From Bdellovibrionota bacterium (GTDB taxonomy: Bacteria > Bdellovibrionota_C > UBA2361 > JAFLCA01): 64,000 nt of DNA. The position numbers were made by a program, and so were the translations under genes. The stretch's first letter is position 1, and the number at the start of each line of letters is the position of its first letter. The notes beneath the pieces are model-generated. The model was not told where the DNA came from. It made no database searches and was given only the letters and a program-made list of their open reading frames with translations. This document shows, in pieces, positions 10,642 to 21,526 of this stretch. The stretch is taken from the NCBI GenBank assembly GCA_030584005.1, contig CP129486.1:2219971-2283970 (forward strand), given 5' to 3'.

Positions 10642-10790
10642 AAGCTACACTAGTCTGGTCGAGACCAAGCCGCTTGCGCTCTTCCAGATTTTATAATTCT
10701 ATCAACTAGTTAAGATTCGGCAATGCATCCTTTCGGACTCTGACCAATTAATCGGTCAGTCCGGATCAGGACTCAATCAGAATTAAGGCC

Positions 10791-11135
10791 ATGAACAACC
10801 TTAAGCCACGGGAGATACGGAGGAATTCTGCAGACGGCATCGCCATTACCTGGGACGATGGCGTGCTCTCGCACATCAGTGCCCGCACTTTGCGCACCAA
10901 TTGCCCTTGCGCGAGCTGCCGGGAAGCCCGCGGTGATCAGTCACACCAACGGCCTCTGGGCGGCAAGCGGAGCGCCCTGCGTATCGTTGAAAGCTCAATT
11001 GATGCGGAGCTTTCGTTGCAAGAGATCAAGCCCGTTGGCAACTACGCCATTACGCTACGCTGGGCCGATGGGCATCACACTGGCATATATGACTGGGCTC
11101 TACTGAGACAACTTGGCGAACATTCCGGGAGCTGA
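10791..11135 (+). CDS. DUF971-family protein (gamma-butyrobetaine hydroxylase-like N-terminal domain)
   Basis: 114 aa. CPCASC motif and overall DUF971 pattern. Confidence 0.55.
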   Translation: MNNLKPREIRRNSADGIAITWDDGVLSHISARTLRTNCPCASCREARGDQSHQRPLGGKRSALRIVESSIDAELSLQEIKPVGNYAITLRWADGHHTGIYDWALLRQLGEHSGS

Positions 11136-11283
11136 ATAGCGCTGCGAGGATGCGCCGTATATGCTCAGTGTATCGGTATGAGTGGCTTCAAGAATGCCAT
11201 CGTTGGCCCTTGTTCAGGCGCTCCAAGCTACGCCCGCGCGTGGCACAACTTGAAGCGCTTGCTCAACGGGCAGAAGCTGATTT

Positions 11284-13074
11284 CTAGTCACTTACACATT
11301 GCCCCGGTGCGAGCACTTGCAGCAGCGCCTCAGTTTTTTTGATGGCACCCTTGACGTTCCTTCTCATGGAAGCGATCGCCTTTTTCCGTTTTAACTTCTT
11401 GGCAGTGCGATTTATCTTTGACCAGTACGCCGTGAATTCGTTGAGGATCTTGGTAAGAGCCTGGTGCGAAGATACGGAGTTGACGCCAGGACATCCCTGA
11501 CCGGCTGCACAAATGAGCCTGTATGCCGGGATGAACCCCGCTGCATTCGCCGCTGTACTGGACAGCCCTTCCGCTTGCGCCTCCAGCGTTGCGAACAGCT
11601 TCTTTGGAAAGGGCTTGCGTTGTGAGAGAGCAAATACCGCGGCAAGGCTCTCCTCTTGGATTTTCGCCAAATGCTCTGTGAGCTGCTCCCGCATCGCGAA
11701 GAGGCTCTCAAATATGCATCCATTTGCCGGCAGACAGTCGCCTCCGCTCAGGATATTCGGCGGCTCGCAGGTGGCAGCGAATTCGATATGAGTATCTCCG
11801 AGGACCTCCCCGCTCACTACGGGGGGATTAAAGGTGAAGGCCCCCTTACGTGGCAGCGCATTATACGGCACTCCGTAGGGAACTTCGGCAATAACGGTTT
11901 GGCCAGCGCCATCTGATACGGCACTCCCAAATGGTGCAACCTCCAGAGATACTCCAGCCAGCGGACGCCCATCAAACTTAAAGGTTGCAGAAAATACATA
12001 GCTATCCGCCAACGACGCATCGAAGTTCATATTCTTCTCAGGCCCGGTAACAGTAAACGTGCTGCTGGGCGGAGTAAAAGCAAGACCTGACTGCTTGGGG
12101 GTAAGGACTGCTTTTGTGCCATAGGCTGCGCTTGGAAAGTTGAAGTTGCCATCTATATCGGAGAAGACCACGCCAAGCTCACCACCATCAATAGCAATGC
12201 CGCTAAGCGGCGCTCCCAACATTGTTATCTTTCCAGATACTGGAAAGGTCCGTCGCTCCATATTGACGACCACGCCGCTCACATTTGACGTGATCAGCGG
12301 AAGTGCCTGGCTGCCCTTAAATCTCATATCAGTGACCTCGATGCTTGTGGGCGGAGTCATATGGCTCACCATAAAAGTAAACTTTCCGTCTAGTTTGGAC
12401 TGCATCTTAAGTTGCCCAAATTTTAGAAACACAGAAGATGCGGGTTTCCCCTCGAACATTGTGGTACCGGACACCGCGTGCATTGCCTTATAGCTATGCA
12501 CTAAGCTCCCAACGGAATCTTTAACAAAGGCAAAGTCCGGATGAGTGAGGCTAAACGAGGGCGTCGAGTTATAATACGAGTTCACTACAAGGAGGCCATT
12601 CGCATTAGTTACTCCCACTGCGGTCCCGTCCATTGAAACACTGACGCCGGCAAAGTTCTGCAGATTACCGCCAAATGGCTTGATTAGAGACAGAATGCGG
12701 TGAGTGACCTGTGCAACTGCGCTCTTCTTTGCTTCTACAAGTGGAAGGGTCAGGTTCATTGACGGAGTCACGATCGAGATAATTGGATCTGAGAATGTGT
12801 ATAAGGAATGGGAGGGAGAAATATCGAGGGGCACTCCTGCCAGCGATTGCTCAACGGAAATCTGAAATGCACCGTTAGGCCCTTGAGACTTCGTCGCGAA
12901 GAACCCGTCTTGGGCGCCAATGCGATAGTAGATGTCAACATCAGGGACCCCGATTCCCTCGCTTCTGACTTCACCGCTAATCAGGACGCAGTCCGAGACG
13001 CATGCGATGGCAATCACTGGCCCCGAAACAAGAGCAAGGGCAATAACCAAAGCTCCCCAGAATACAGTCCGCAT
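11284..13074 (-). CDS. large secreted hypothetical protein
   Basis: ORF 11284..13194. An internal Met gives the signal peptide MRTVFWGALVIALALVSG. About 600 aa, beta-rich, Cys-containing C-terminus. No catalytic motif recognised. Confidence 0.5.
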   Translation of the reverse strand: MRTVFWGALVIALALVSGPVIAIACVSDCVLISGEVRSEGIGVPDVDIYYRIGAQDGFFATKSQGPNGAFQISVEQSLAGVPLDISPSHSLYTFSDPIISIVTPSMNLTLPLVEAKKSAVAQVTHRILSLIKPFGGNLQNFAGVSVSMDGTAVGVTNANGLLVVNSYYNSTPSFSLTHPDFAFVKDSVGSLVHSYKAMHAVSGTTMFEGKPASSVFLKFGQLKMQSKLDGKFTFMVSHMTPPTSIEVTDMRFKGSQALPLITSNVSGVVVNMERRTFPVSGKITMLGAPLSGIAIDGGELGVVFSDIDGNFNFPSAAYGTKAVLTPKQSGLAFTPPSSTFTVTGPEKNMNFDASLADSYVFSATFKFDGRPLAGVSLEVAPFGSAVSDGAGQTVIAEVPYGVPYNALPRKGAFTFNPPVVSGEVLGDTHIEFAATCEPPNILSGGDCLPANGCIFESLFAMREQLTEHLAKIQEESLAAVFALSQRKPFPKKLFATLEAQAEGLSSTAANAAGFIPAYRLICAAGQGCPGVNSVSSHQALTKILNEFTAYWSKINRTAKKLKRKKAIASMRRNVKGAIKKTEALLQVLAPGQCVSD

Positions 13075-13703
13075 ACAAATATCTCCTATAAGCGCTTTCA
13101 AAAAAGTATTTTTGAAGCCACTCCTAACCTTACGGATCTCCTCAGCCGCATTTCGTTCATCCAATTGTCCATAAGAGGGGCATTTGTGCTCCATATTATC
13201 TGTAAATATTTTACAGTTTACTTGTCAGCGCTTTCAAAACGCACCCATGAAACCGCTTCTAGCACCCCTGCATCATTGGCAATTTCGCTGATTCTAAATG
13301 TGACCGCTCCGGGTCGCTTGGGCGAACTACACCCCTGCCATCGGTAGCAGAGGAGCGGCAATTGCTTAGCGGGTACACGAGTGCGTGTTTGCGACCCCCC
13401 AGAATGATGGGGATGCGCTCTCATCTCTCGAAACGAGAGCTGGGTATTGGGTGCCTGTGTCGCACCGCAACAGACGCCTTAACTTAGAGAGTTTCTTGGG
13501 TAGGACCCTATCGCGGATGCCGAGGGCCGTTTGGCCTTTATTTGCTGACCAAAGATGCTATTCGTGTTCGGTCATGCTGCCATGACATAAGTTCGTGTTG
13601 AAAGCTGCCTGGACTATTTGCGAGAAGCGTTAAGGGCGGACAATAGGTCAAGTGTATTTTCTACATATTGCGGTCATAACTACAGGCAACCCGAGTGCTG
13701 CTC

Positions 13704-14219
13704 CTAACTTGGCTCAGTTGGGCAGTTTGGTGTGTAAGGTTCAAACACTCCGTCCCCGTCAGGATCAATTTCACATCGGATTCGCGTATAGCCAAAATCT
13801 CGCAGCTGTTGGACTGCCTGACACATGTTTTGATCAAGCTTCCAGGGCGGGGTATCATTTCCATCACTATCGCCGATGATGCGGTCTCGCCAACCGTCAC
13901 CGATACATCTCCATACTATTCCCGCACACGCACTAGCATCGCTACAATCGTATCCCTCATCATCCATCTCCTGACCCGAGTTTGGATCGGTGTCCGGCAC
14001 GAATTCGGTGTATACACTTAGGTCTCCAATGCTCAAAACCTCAAGGGCAGTCACGGCGTCCACTTTCTCCGCATCTTCCGCAGTCTCAAGTGCGTTGGCC
14101 AACGATGCCGTCGCATTCACTCCTATAGCCAACATGAGGCCCAGTATACAGCGCCACCGGCTCTGAGAACTATTGGAGGATGAGACAGCGGCAATATAGG
14201 TTGTCATATTGGGGCGCAC
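13704..14219 (-). CDS. secreted hypothetical protein with Asp-rich calcium-binding-like motifs
   Basis: Signal-peptide-like N-terminus. DxDxDG-type motifs (EIDPDGDGVFE, GDSDGND) reminiscent of TSP type-3 or EF-like Ca-binding loops. Several Cys. Confidence 0.4.
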   Translation of the reverse strand: MRPNMTTYIAAVSSSNSSQSRWRCILGLMLAIGVNATASLANALETAEDAEKVDAVTALEVLSIGDLSVYTEFVPDTDPNSGQEMDDEGYDCSDASACAGIVWRCIGDGWRDRIIGDSDGNDTPPWKLDQNMCQAVQQLRDFGYTRIRCEIDPDGDGVFEPYTPNCPTEPS

Positions 14220-14489
14220 CTAATTTGTAGAAAGTGCAATTCAGGGTCAGGCAGGAGATGAGCAATTAACATGCCAGCAACAAACTGGAGAAACAGAGGG
14301 TGAGGTACTTACTGTGCAACTGAATTACCGCCTCAATTCCGATCACCATTTAGCAATTTCACCTAGAGCACAGCCAGAAATACCAGCAGTAGCTCGCGTA
14401 CATGTCAGGAGGGATCCGAACCTGGATTGCTCTCTCAACCTCATATGCAGTTCAGCGCGACACGCCCCGCCGACCGGTCAGAGCCTTCG

Positions 14490-14975
14490 TCAATCCCCAC
14501 GCCACTTATTCTGCTGCCGTTCAATCCATTGCCAATAGTCATCCCAAACCTTCGCCTGCTCGTCGGCAGATCTTAACTTGGCAGACGATATGGCAGCTTG
14601 CACCCGAACTGCTTGATCCCGTTGAGCTTCAACAGCCGTCCTATAACGCTGTCGAATCTTTTGAACGGTGCCATGATCAATCCAAAATCCTTCGCACCGG
14701 AAACACTGATGCACTGTTAGTGTATCGTCGCCATGATAGCCTCGTCGAAAGAGTTCGGGCTCTTCACACGCAGGGCACATCGAAACCGTTAGACTCGCCA
14801 CTGGCGCCGTACTCGCAAGTTCGTCAGGCAAGCGATGCTCAGAGGTGTCGTACATTCTGAGAGCGGCCTTAGAGAACCAGCCCCCGCAGCCATTCTTGAT
14901 ACATGAAAATAGGCCGGGGTGATTAGGAAACCCTTCCAACGGCGAACTGCATATTGGGCATTTCATAGGAGACAT
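14490..14975 (-). CDS. zinc-ribbon domain protein
   Basis: CPIC...C..C and CPAC...C..C pairs: two zinc-ribbon-like modules. Confidence 0.45.
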   Translation of the reverse strand: MSPMKCPICSSPLEGFPNHPGLFSCIKNGCGGWFSKAALRMYDTSEHRLPDELASTAPVASLTVSMCPACEEPELFRRGYHGDDTLTVHQCFRCEGFWIDHGTVQKIRQRYRTAVEAQRDQAVRVQAAISSAKLRSADEQAKVWDDYWQWIERQQNKWRGD

Positions 14976-15015
14976 AATGGGGTCCTCAATCTCCGAAATG
15001 ATATCAATACGTTTG

Positions 15016-15417
15016 TTATAGACACAACACGAGCACGACTATAAACACGATTGCGGCCGCCCATAGAAACTTACTATTCGGCGGTTGCGGTGCACCAACT
15101 TTAGCTTCATATGGGCAACTAGGAGCAGTCATTAAGATCGGCAACCACAGTACCCACGTCAAAGGGACGCACCAAGAAAGGGCCCAGAGGGGATTAATAG
15201 CCATATCCAACAATCTGAGGTAACTGAGCAGGAGAGAGATACCGAACACGATGAATAGCATGACAAACCACAATGGGTTTTTCATCGAATCGGGATCCAG
15301 CAACTCAGCCGCACGCATGGCGAGCACCAGCATTGCATAGAGAATGAGCTGCAGGCCGATGAACCTAGTGCGGTCAAGACGCCTGAATTTTCTTAAATAA
15401 TTTGACATTACTGTCAC
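15016..15417 (-). CDS. small integral membrane protein (DUF805-like)
   Basis: 133 aa with 3-4 hydrophobic helices. RLD/RLLD motifs resemble DUF805. Confidence 0.4.
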   Translation of the reverse strand: MTVMSNYLRKFRRLDRTRFIGLQLILYAMLVLAMRAAELLDPDSMKNPLWFVMLFIVFGISLLLSYLRLLDMAINPLWALSWCVPLTWVLWLPILMTAPSCPYEAKVGAPQPPNSKFLWAAAIVFIVVLVLCL

Positions 15418-15704
15418 CTGGTCGGCATGGCCGCGCCCAATTTCAATCGCACCACAGCGTTCACGCTATCACCGCATGGCCTGCCTTGCCCATCGAAAGA
15501 TTCGACGGAAGTCTACAAGTCGTTTCAAAAATGCCATCCTCGGCATTCTTCAAATTGCTCCACGTTTTGATGGGGTCCCCACGCGCGCCATCAAAACGTC
15601 GCTTCCACGGCCTGGCCGAAGATTCGGCCGTGGTGGCTGCCATCCGTGGCTGCCCTCGTGAACATGTCGGGAACAGGCATGCCGTTCTCATTATCCTGCC
15701 CGCT

Positions 15705-16211
15705 CTACGGGCCTTTGCTCAGAGCTTCAAGGCTCTTCCGAGCAGCATCGTTTTCCGGATCGAGTTTGATCGCTCGCTCAAGCATGGAAATTGCTCTGTC
15801 AGTTCTGCCCGCCTGGGATAAGGTAGCGGCCGCATTGGTGAGTGTCGTCGAATCATCTGGTGCAAGCGATGCAGCAGCTTCATGTTTCTCCAGCGCTTCG
15901 TTGATACGACCGAGAATTCTGAGGGCCACCCCCCAATTGCTCAGCAGCACGGCATTGGGGGTCAGGTACGCAGCCGCCTTACTATATTGCTCCACAGCGG
16001 ACTCGAATTTCTGATTTGCAAACAATGCGTTGCCGTAGCCAACAAGATACTGCCCCGACTGCGGCTGTAGCATCGCCGCCGATCGGAGGTAAAATTCAGC
16101 AGCATCCAGGCGGCCCTTGGAGAGGCTGTGCAAGCCACGCTCATAGCTCTGTTGCGCTCTCCGTTCTGGAGGTCCAAAGAGGATGTTCGCTATTTTTTCG
16201 CGAAAGCTCAT
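15705..16211 (-). CDS. TPR-repeat protein
   Basis: Repeated 34-aa units with the W/L-G-Y-A-F-P pattern (AxxxYxxAL.L.P). Confidence 0.6.
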   Translation of the reverse strand: MSFREKIANILFGPPERRAQQSYERGLHSLSKGRLDAAEFYLRSAAMLQPQSGQYLVGYGNALFANQKFESAVEQYSKAAAYLTPNAVLLSNWGVALRILGRINEALEKHEAAASLAPDDSTTLTNAAATLSQAGRTDRAISMLERAIKLDPENDAARKSLEALSKGP

Positions 16212-16303
16212 TCAAGATAGACCAACACAGGCCGCTCGACCCCCGCATCGCGAGGGCGCTCTGGAAAACGTATGGGGCTGCCCCTGGGTCTGAACGGGGT
16301 AGC

Positions 16304-16564
16304 CTACTTCTGGCCTTCCGGATTTTGACCGCTGGAGCCGGGTCTCTCTACAACACGTCGAACAATGCGCCCCTTCGTCAGATCGTAGGGTGAAATCTCT
16401 ACCGTTACGCGGTCACCTGGCAGCACGCGGATGTAGAACCGCCTCATTTTACCTGCGAGATAGGCCAGCAGCTCATGTCCGTTGTCACACACCACCCGAA
16501 AAGTCGTATTGGGGAAGCACTCCTTGACGACCCCATTCATTTCAATTGCGTCTTTCGCTGCCAT
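16304..16564 (-). CDS. infA: translation initiation factor IF-1
   Basis: Internal Met [24 protein letters not shown]...[16 protein letters not shown] matches the IF-1 S1-like fold with a short C-terminal tail. The longer ORF to 16708 overlaps accA. Confidence 0.8.
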   Translation of the reverse strand: MAAKDAIEMNGVVKECFPNTTFRVVCDNGHELLAYLAGKMRRFYIRVLPGDRVTVEISPYDLTKGRIVRRVVERPGSSGQNPEGQK

Positions 16565-16601
16565 ACACCACGTAATCCTTTGGCCCGAGGATACTCTCCT
16601 C

Positions 16602-17585
16602 TCACTCTTGGGTAAACACCCCGAGACCACGAAACTTCTTGTAACGCAGCTCGACCAGCTCTTCGACCTTGAGCTTGCCCAGCTCCTCGAGCTGCCGCGC
16701 CAACACATCGCGCAGGATCTCGGCTGACTCCTTATGGTTCCGATGCGCCCCTCCGGCGGGCTCCGGAACTACTTCATCGATCACCTGCAATTTCTTGAGG
16801 TCCTGAGCAGTTAGCCGCAACATCTCGGCGGCCAATGCCGCCTGGTTGGCTGGAGCCTCCTCGCGGTTGCTGCTATGCCAAAGAATAGAGGCGCACCCCT
16901 CCGGGGTAATCACCGAATAGCATGCATTCTCAAGCATCAAAATGCGATCGGCCACGCCCAGTGCGAGGGCCCCGCCACTACCCCCCTCGCCAATGACGAC
17001 GGATACCACCGGCACCGTCAGTTCGGCTAATTCCATGAGATTGCGCGCTATCGCTTCGGCTTGGCCGTGCTCTTCGGCTTCCAGCCCAGGATAGGCCCCC
17101 TGGGTATCAATCAGGGTGATCACCGGGAGACCGAATTTCTCAGCCAGCCGGAATAGGCGCAGCGCCTTACGATAGCCCTCGGGGTTGGGCATGCCAAAGT
17201 TGCGCTTCAACCGCTCCTGCGTGCTCCGGCCCCTCTGATGACCCACGATCATAATTGGCATCTGCCCCAATCGGGCAGTGCCCCCCACAATCGCGGGATC
17301 GTCGCGATACAATCGGTCGCCATGCAGTTCCACAAAATCAGTCAGCATGTGCGCAATAAAATCCAAGGTGAACGGCCGATCGAAATGTCGCGAGAGCTGC
17401 ACCCGCTGATAAGGGGTGAGCCTGCCGTACACCTCCGCCCTCATCTTGAGCACACGCGCTTCAAGTTTGGCGTATTCATCACGGCGCGATTCATCGCCGC
17501 CGGCTATCTGGTCCTTGAGCGCCTCAAGCTGATGCTCGAGCTCGACCAAATCGCGCTCGAAATCCAATGGGTGGGAAAGGCTCAT
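16602..17585 (-). CDS. accA: acetyl-CoA carboxylase carboxyltransferase subunit alpha
   Basis: 327 aa with typical AccA blocks: the [10 protein letters not shown]-containing region and the [11 protein letters not shown]-containing region. Confidence 0.85.
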   Translation of the reverse strand: MSLSHPLDFERDLVELEHQLEALKDQIAGGDESRRDEYAKLEARVLKMRAEVYGRLTPYQRVQLSRHFDRPFTLDFIAHMLTDFVELHGDRLYRDDPAIVGGTARLGQMPIMIVGHQRGRSTQERLKRNFGMPNPEGYRKALRLFRLAEKFGLPVITLIDTQGAYPGLEAEEHGQAEAIARNLMELAELTVPVVSVVIGEGGSGGALALGVADRILMLENACYSVITPEGCASILWHSSNREEAPANQAALAAEMLRLTAQDLKKLQVIDEVVPEPAGGAHRNHKESAEILRDVLARQLEELGKLKVEELVELRYKKFRGLGVFTQE

Positions 17586-17663
17586 GTAGGTATCCCTGTG
17601 GCATTCATAAGTAAGTGCGCGATTATAGCCGAATTCCCAGCTGGCTCAATGTGCCCACTCCAG

Positions 17664-18716
17664 TCAATTCCGGGATAGGCGCTGGGACTCGATATAGTAG
17701 AGTTCAGGAGTACTTGGGGGCGACTGCCGGTGCAGCTCCACCATTTCTAAACACTGATTCGCATCAATCGACAGCACCGGCATCGGACCCGAATACTGCA
17801 CCCTGAGCGGCACCACATTGGATTCTGTTAACGCTGCAGGCTGTACCAACCATCCCCGCTTTTTGGGCTCATTGAGCAGGTAGGTGATCTGCCGTTTGGC
17901 TAGCCGCCGTGTCGATTGGCATATCGCCGCGAACAACTCGCCATGCGGCAGGTTGCCCTTGAGGTGCTGAACGCACTCCCGATAGCCGATGCTCTGGAGC
18001 GGCCAACAGTCAGCGTAGCGCTCATAGAGTCTCGTAGCCTCCGCCAGTAATCCAGCCGCAAGCATCGCTTCAACGCGCCCGGCTATGCGTGCATACAGAT
18101 CCTTTCTGTCTCGCATCAGCACAAATATGAGTGGCCGGATCAGCATGTGACGGTGAGCGTGCTGGGCCTGCAGCTCACTTAACGGCCCACAGCTCCTCAG
18201 TACTTCCAGCGCCCGCACAATGCGGACGCGGTCATTGGGGTGCAGCGTTTCCGCTCGAGCAGGATCCTTGAGTTGAAGCTCGGCATATAATGTTTCCGTG
18301 GCCAGGCCCGCGGAGTGCTGACGAAACCCCTCATCCGCTCCCGGCGCATCGGCCAGCCCATGGAGCAGGGCCGTGAGGTACATGCCTGATGACGCTACAA
18401 TTATAGGCAGCTTCCCGCGACTTGAGACCGACTCTACCAGCTCGCGGGCGCGCTTCGTACACACACCCACATCAAAGCGTTGATCCGGTTCGAGGATATC
18501 TATGAGATGGTGCGGGACCTCCTCGCGCTCGGCTAGGGTGGGCTTGGCTGAACCAATGTCACAGCCTCTGTAGACCTGTACTGAATCAAGACTGATCACC
18601 TCCCCGCCCAGCGTGCGCGCAAGGGCGATCGCCTCAGCGCTCTTGCCGACCGCCGTAGGGCCGGCCAAGATCAAGGCAAAAGGCGCAGCACCGCTTAACG
18701 GTCCCTTCCGAACCAT
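17664..18716 (-). CDS. miaA: tRNA dimethylallyltransferase
   Basis: P-loop GPTAVGKS followed by ISLDSVQVYRGCDIGSAKPT, the MiaA signature. Confidence 0.85.
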   Translation of the reverse strand: MVRKGPLSGAAPFALILAGPTAVGKSAEAIALARTLGGEVISLDSVQVYRGCDIGSAKPTLAEREEVPHHLIDILEPDQRFDVGVCTKRARELVESVSSRGKLPIIVASSGMYLTALLHGLADAPGADEGFRQHSAGLATETLYAELQLKDPARAETLHPNDRVRIVRALEVLRSCGPLSELQAQHAHRHMLIRPLIFVLMRDRKDLYARIAGRVEAMLAAGLLAEATRLYERYADCWPLQSIGYRECVQHLKGNLPHGELFAAICQSTRRLAKRQITYLLNEPKKRGWLVQPAALTESNVVPLRVQYSGPMPVLSIDANQCLEMVELHRQSPPSTPELYYIESQRLSRN

Positions 18717-20422
18717 CGCTCCACCTGCTCTCGGGAAAAGAGGCTCATTACAGGTCTTCCGTGGGGACAGGCTTGCGCGGTATCAGCTGCAAAATACCGG
18801 TCGAGGAGCGCATACGCTTCGGGAGCGGACAGTCTTTGACCCGAACGGATACTGGCGTGGCAGGCGATACGCGCAGCGACCCTTTGGCGCCAGTCGGAGC
18901 TGCCCCCGCTTCCCCGGTCCTCCATGGCTCCCCGCGCGATCTCATGAACAAGCTTCTCGACCTCTCCGTGCGCCACGAGTGGTGGCAGTCCGCGCACTAC
19001 TACCGCGCTCTCTCCGAATGGTTCAATCAAAAAACCGCTCAGCTGCAGTTCTTGCGCGATGGGGGCCAGCGCTTCTTGCTCTTCCGCCGACAGCTCGACC
19101 ACGAGCGGAACAAGCAGCTGCTGACAATCGCCCTCTCGCTGCTGCATCCTCCCGAGAATCGCGTTGTAGTTGATGCGCTCATGTGCGGCATGCATATCCA
19201 TGACATATATCTGCTCGCCCGCATCAAAGAGCAGGTAGCAGTCGAGGAACTGCCCGATGAAACGAGCCCGCGCCGCGGCATGTACCGCCGGGGGGGACAT
19301 TTCAGGAACTGCCGCTGCTGCCGGCCCCAGGCGGGGTTGAAAATCGATCATCTCATTGGCCGGTCGGGGCATCGCTACCTCCTCCTGGCGCGATCGATCT
19401 GCCCAACGCGCACTCGCCGCGCTCAGCTGCGTGCTGCCTGCTCCCGATGGACCGCGAAGTGCTCTCACGCCCTGCTGCACCGCCGTGCGAACCGCTGCAA
19501 ACACATGGGACGAGTTGCGAAAGCGCACCTCGGATTTCTGCGGGTGCACATTCACATCGACTGCCTGCGGAGCGAGCTGAATAGACACTACGCCCAATGG
19601 GAACTCTCGCTCACGCAGCATTCCTTCGTACCCATCCCTGACCGCGCGCACAATCATGCGGTCCGTCACCACCCGGCCATTGACCAGAATCACTAACCCT
19701 TCGGGGGTAGGCTGCGGAATGCCCGGATGGGACAGGAATGCTTCGACCCCGACCGGTCCGCTCAGCTGAGCGCTCACCGCGAGATCGGGGAATAGATCCT
19801 TGGCGCGTTCATACAGCGCCCTTCTGGGTGGATAATGCAGCAGCTCCTTATTGTCTGCCGAGAGCCGAAAGCGCACCTCGGGACAGGCCAGGCTGAACTG
19901 AGAGACGCATTTTCGGATCTTGATGGTCTCGCCTCGCGGTGTCTTCAAAAACTTTCTCCGCGCCGGAGTATTAAAGAACAGCTGCTCCACGACGACTTCA
20001 GTGCCGCGGGGACGACCCACATTGCGCGGTGTGTGCAGCTGGCCCCCGTCTACACGAATCTCCACCCCTAGCGGAGCTTCATCGCGGGTGCTCAAGGTGA
20101 CCTTGGCTACGGCGGCAATCGACGCTAAGGCTTCGCCGCGAAATCCGCGGGTAGAGATAGCATCGAGGTCCTCTGTGGTTCGAATTTTCGAGGTGGCATG
20201 GCGTCCGAAGGCCAGCGGGACATCCTCCGCAGCAATGCCTGATCCATCATCGCTGACTCGAATCAGGGATTGCCCGCCCTCTCGGATCTCAATCTCGATA
20301 TTCTTGGCCCCAGCATCAATCGCGTTGTCAAGCAACTCACGCACTACGGCGGCCGGCCGTTCCACGACCTCGCCTGCAGCGATTAAATTAGCGACATGAT
20401 CGGGAAGGGTGCGGATGTTCAT
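18695..20422 (-). CDS. mutL: DNA mismatch repair protein MutL
   Basis: GHKL ATPase N-terminus IAAGEVVERPAAVVRELLDNAIDAGA. C-terminal dimerisation domain. Overlaps miaA by about 20 nt. Confidence 0.85.
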   Translation of the reverse strand: MNIRTLPDHVANLIAAGEVVERPAAVVRELLDNAIDAGAKNIEIEIREGGQSLIRVSDDGSGIAAEDVPLAFGRHATSKIRTTEDLDAISTRGFRGEALASIAAVAKVTLSTRDEAPLGVEIRVDGGQLHTPRNVGRPRGTEVVVEQLFFNTPARRKFLKTPRGETIKIRKCVSQFSLACPEVRFRLSADNKELLHYPPRRALYERAKDLFPDLAVSAQLSGPVGVEAFLSHPGIPQPTPEGLVILVNGRVVTDRMIVRAVRDGYEGMLREREFPLGVVSIQLAPQAVDVNVHPQKSEVRFRNSSHVFAAVRTAVQQGVRALRGPSGAGSTQLSAASARWADRSRQEEVAMPRPANEMIDFQPRLGPAAAAVPEMSPPAVHAAARARFIGQFLDCYLLFDAGEQIYVMDMHAAHERINYNAILGRMQQREGDCQQLLVPLVVELSAEEQEALAPIAQELQLSGFLIEPFGESAVVVRGLPPLVAHGEVEKLVHEIARGAMEDRGSGGSSDWRQRVAARIACHASIRSGQRLSAPEAYALLDRYFAADTAQACPHGRPVMSLFSREQVERWFGRDR

Positions 20423-20428
20423 GCCCGC

Positions 20429-21526
20429 TCACCCCAACCTTGGCTGCACTGTGACCTCACGCTCAGCTCCTTGGATACCGCCCCGTCGCAGGGTGAGCCT
20501 CAGCGTGCCACGCCCTTTCGTTCGTTGCACCAGCTCTTCTACCTCTTCGCGGCTCTGCACCCTTCGCCCATTCACCTTGAATATCAAATCAGCACGTTCG
20601 GGATCAGAGACGTAGCCCCGCATGAACACGTTTTCCACCATGCGCTCGAGTGGTTGCAAACCTGCTTCATCCGCCGGCCCTCCCGGGGCTACCCGTCGCA
20701 CCATCGGCCCCTGATCGGTGTCGACCAGGATCCAGCCCATCTTCGGACGCAGTACCTTGCCCGTAGCCACGAGCTCAGGCAGCACCCGCTTAATCTGGTT
20801 AATCGGCACTGCAAAGCCGATCCCGGCGGAGTCTCCCGATTGGCTCAATATGGCCGTGTTGATGCCGATTACATTCCCATCGCCATCCAGCAGCGGCCCG
20901 CCGGAATTGCCCGGATTAATGGACGCATCGGTCTGCACCAGCCCCCGCAGCACCACGCCATTCGGCCCGCGCACCGTTCGATCAAGGCTAGAAATGATTC
21001 CGCGAGTAAGGGTGCGATTCAGGCCGAACGGATTACCTATCGCGAACACGCGTTGCCCAACCTCCAAAGAGGCCGAATCACCAAGCGGGAGCGCCCGGAG
21101 TGTCGCCGGTGGGTCGACCAGCTGCAGTACGGCGATATCGAACTCCTTGTCAAAGCCAAGCAAGCGCGCCTCATAGGGCTGCCCGCTTGCCAGAAAGATC
21201 TGAATGCGCTGTGCCTCCTGAAGCACATGCAGATTCGTGAGAATGATGCCCTTCTTAGCGTCGATGATGAAGCCGGAGCCGGTGCCCTCTCTGGGCTGTA
21301 CTTCGAAGAAGAGATCGAAAGGATCGACCGCCAAGACAATGGTCGAAATGAACACCACTGCTTCATTGGTGCGTTTATACATCTCGATGGTTCTCTGTTC
21401 TTCCTCGGTGCGCCAGACGGTCGCAGGCGCGGCGGAAACTGACCGCACGACTGGACGGGGGGAAAGGTGAGATCCCAACACCGCACCGATGGCCAATGCT
21501 ACAAGGACAAGGAAGAACCTTTTCAT
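20429..21526 (-). CDS. HtrA/DegP-family serine protease with PDZ domain
   Basis: Signal peptide, trypsin-like catalytic Ser motif GNSGGPLLD, and a PDZ-like C-terminus. Confidence 0.8.
   Translation of the reverse strand: MKRFFLVLVALAIGAVLGSHLSPRPVVRSVSAAPATVWRTEEEQRTIEMYKRTNEAVVFISTIVLAVDPFDLFFEVQPREGTGSGFIIDAKKGIILTNLHVLQEAQRIQIFLASGQPYEARLLGFDKEFDIAVLQLVDPPATLRALPLGDSASLEVGQRVFAIGNPFGLNRTLTRGIISSLDRTVRGPNGVVLRGLVQTDASINPGNSGGPLLDGDGNVIGINTAILSQSGDSAGIGFAVPINQIKRVLPELVATGKVLRPKMGWILVDTDQGPMVRRVAPGGPADEAGLQPLERMVENVFMRGYVSDPERADLIFKVNGRRVQSREEVEELVQRTKGRGTLRLTLRRGGIQGAEREVTVQPRLG

Noticed and set aside
13195-13700. 500-bp gene-free stretch that could hide a structured ncRNA (RNase P, tmRNA, SRP or riboswitch)
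   Set aside because: I could not find any diagnostic conserved motif by eye (no GGAAAGTCCGG-type P4, no tmRNA tag or CCA-proximal T-arm, no SRP GGAA tetraloop context). It is more likely a promoter or leader region for the divergent secreted-protein genes. It needs an Rfam scan before any claim.
16304-16708. Long form of infA ORF (134 aa) overlapping accA
   Set aside because: IF-1 homology begins only at the internal Met ([11 protein letters not shown]...). The upstream 48 codons are Ser/Arg/Trp-rich with no homology and would overlap accA by about 100 nt.
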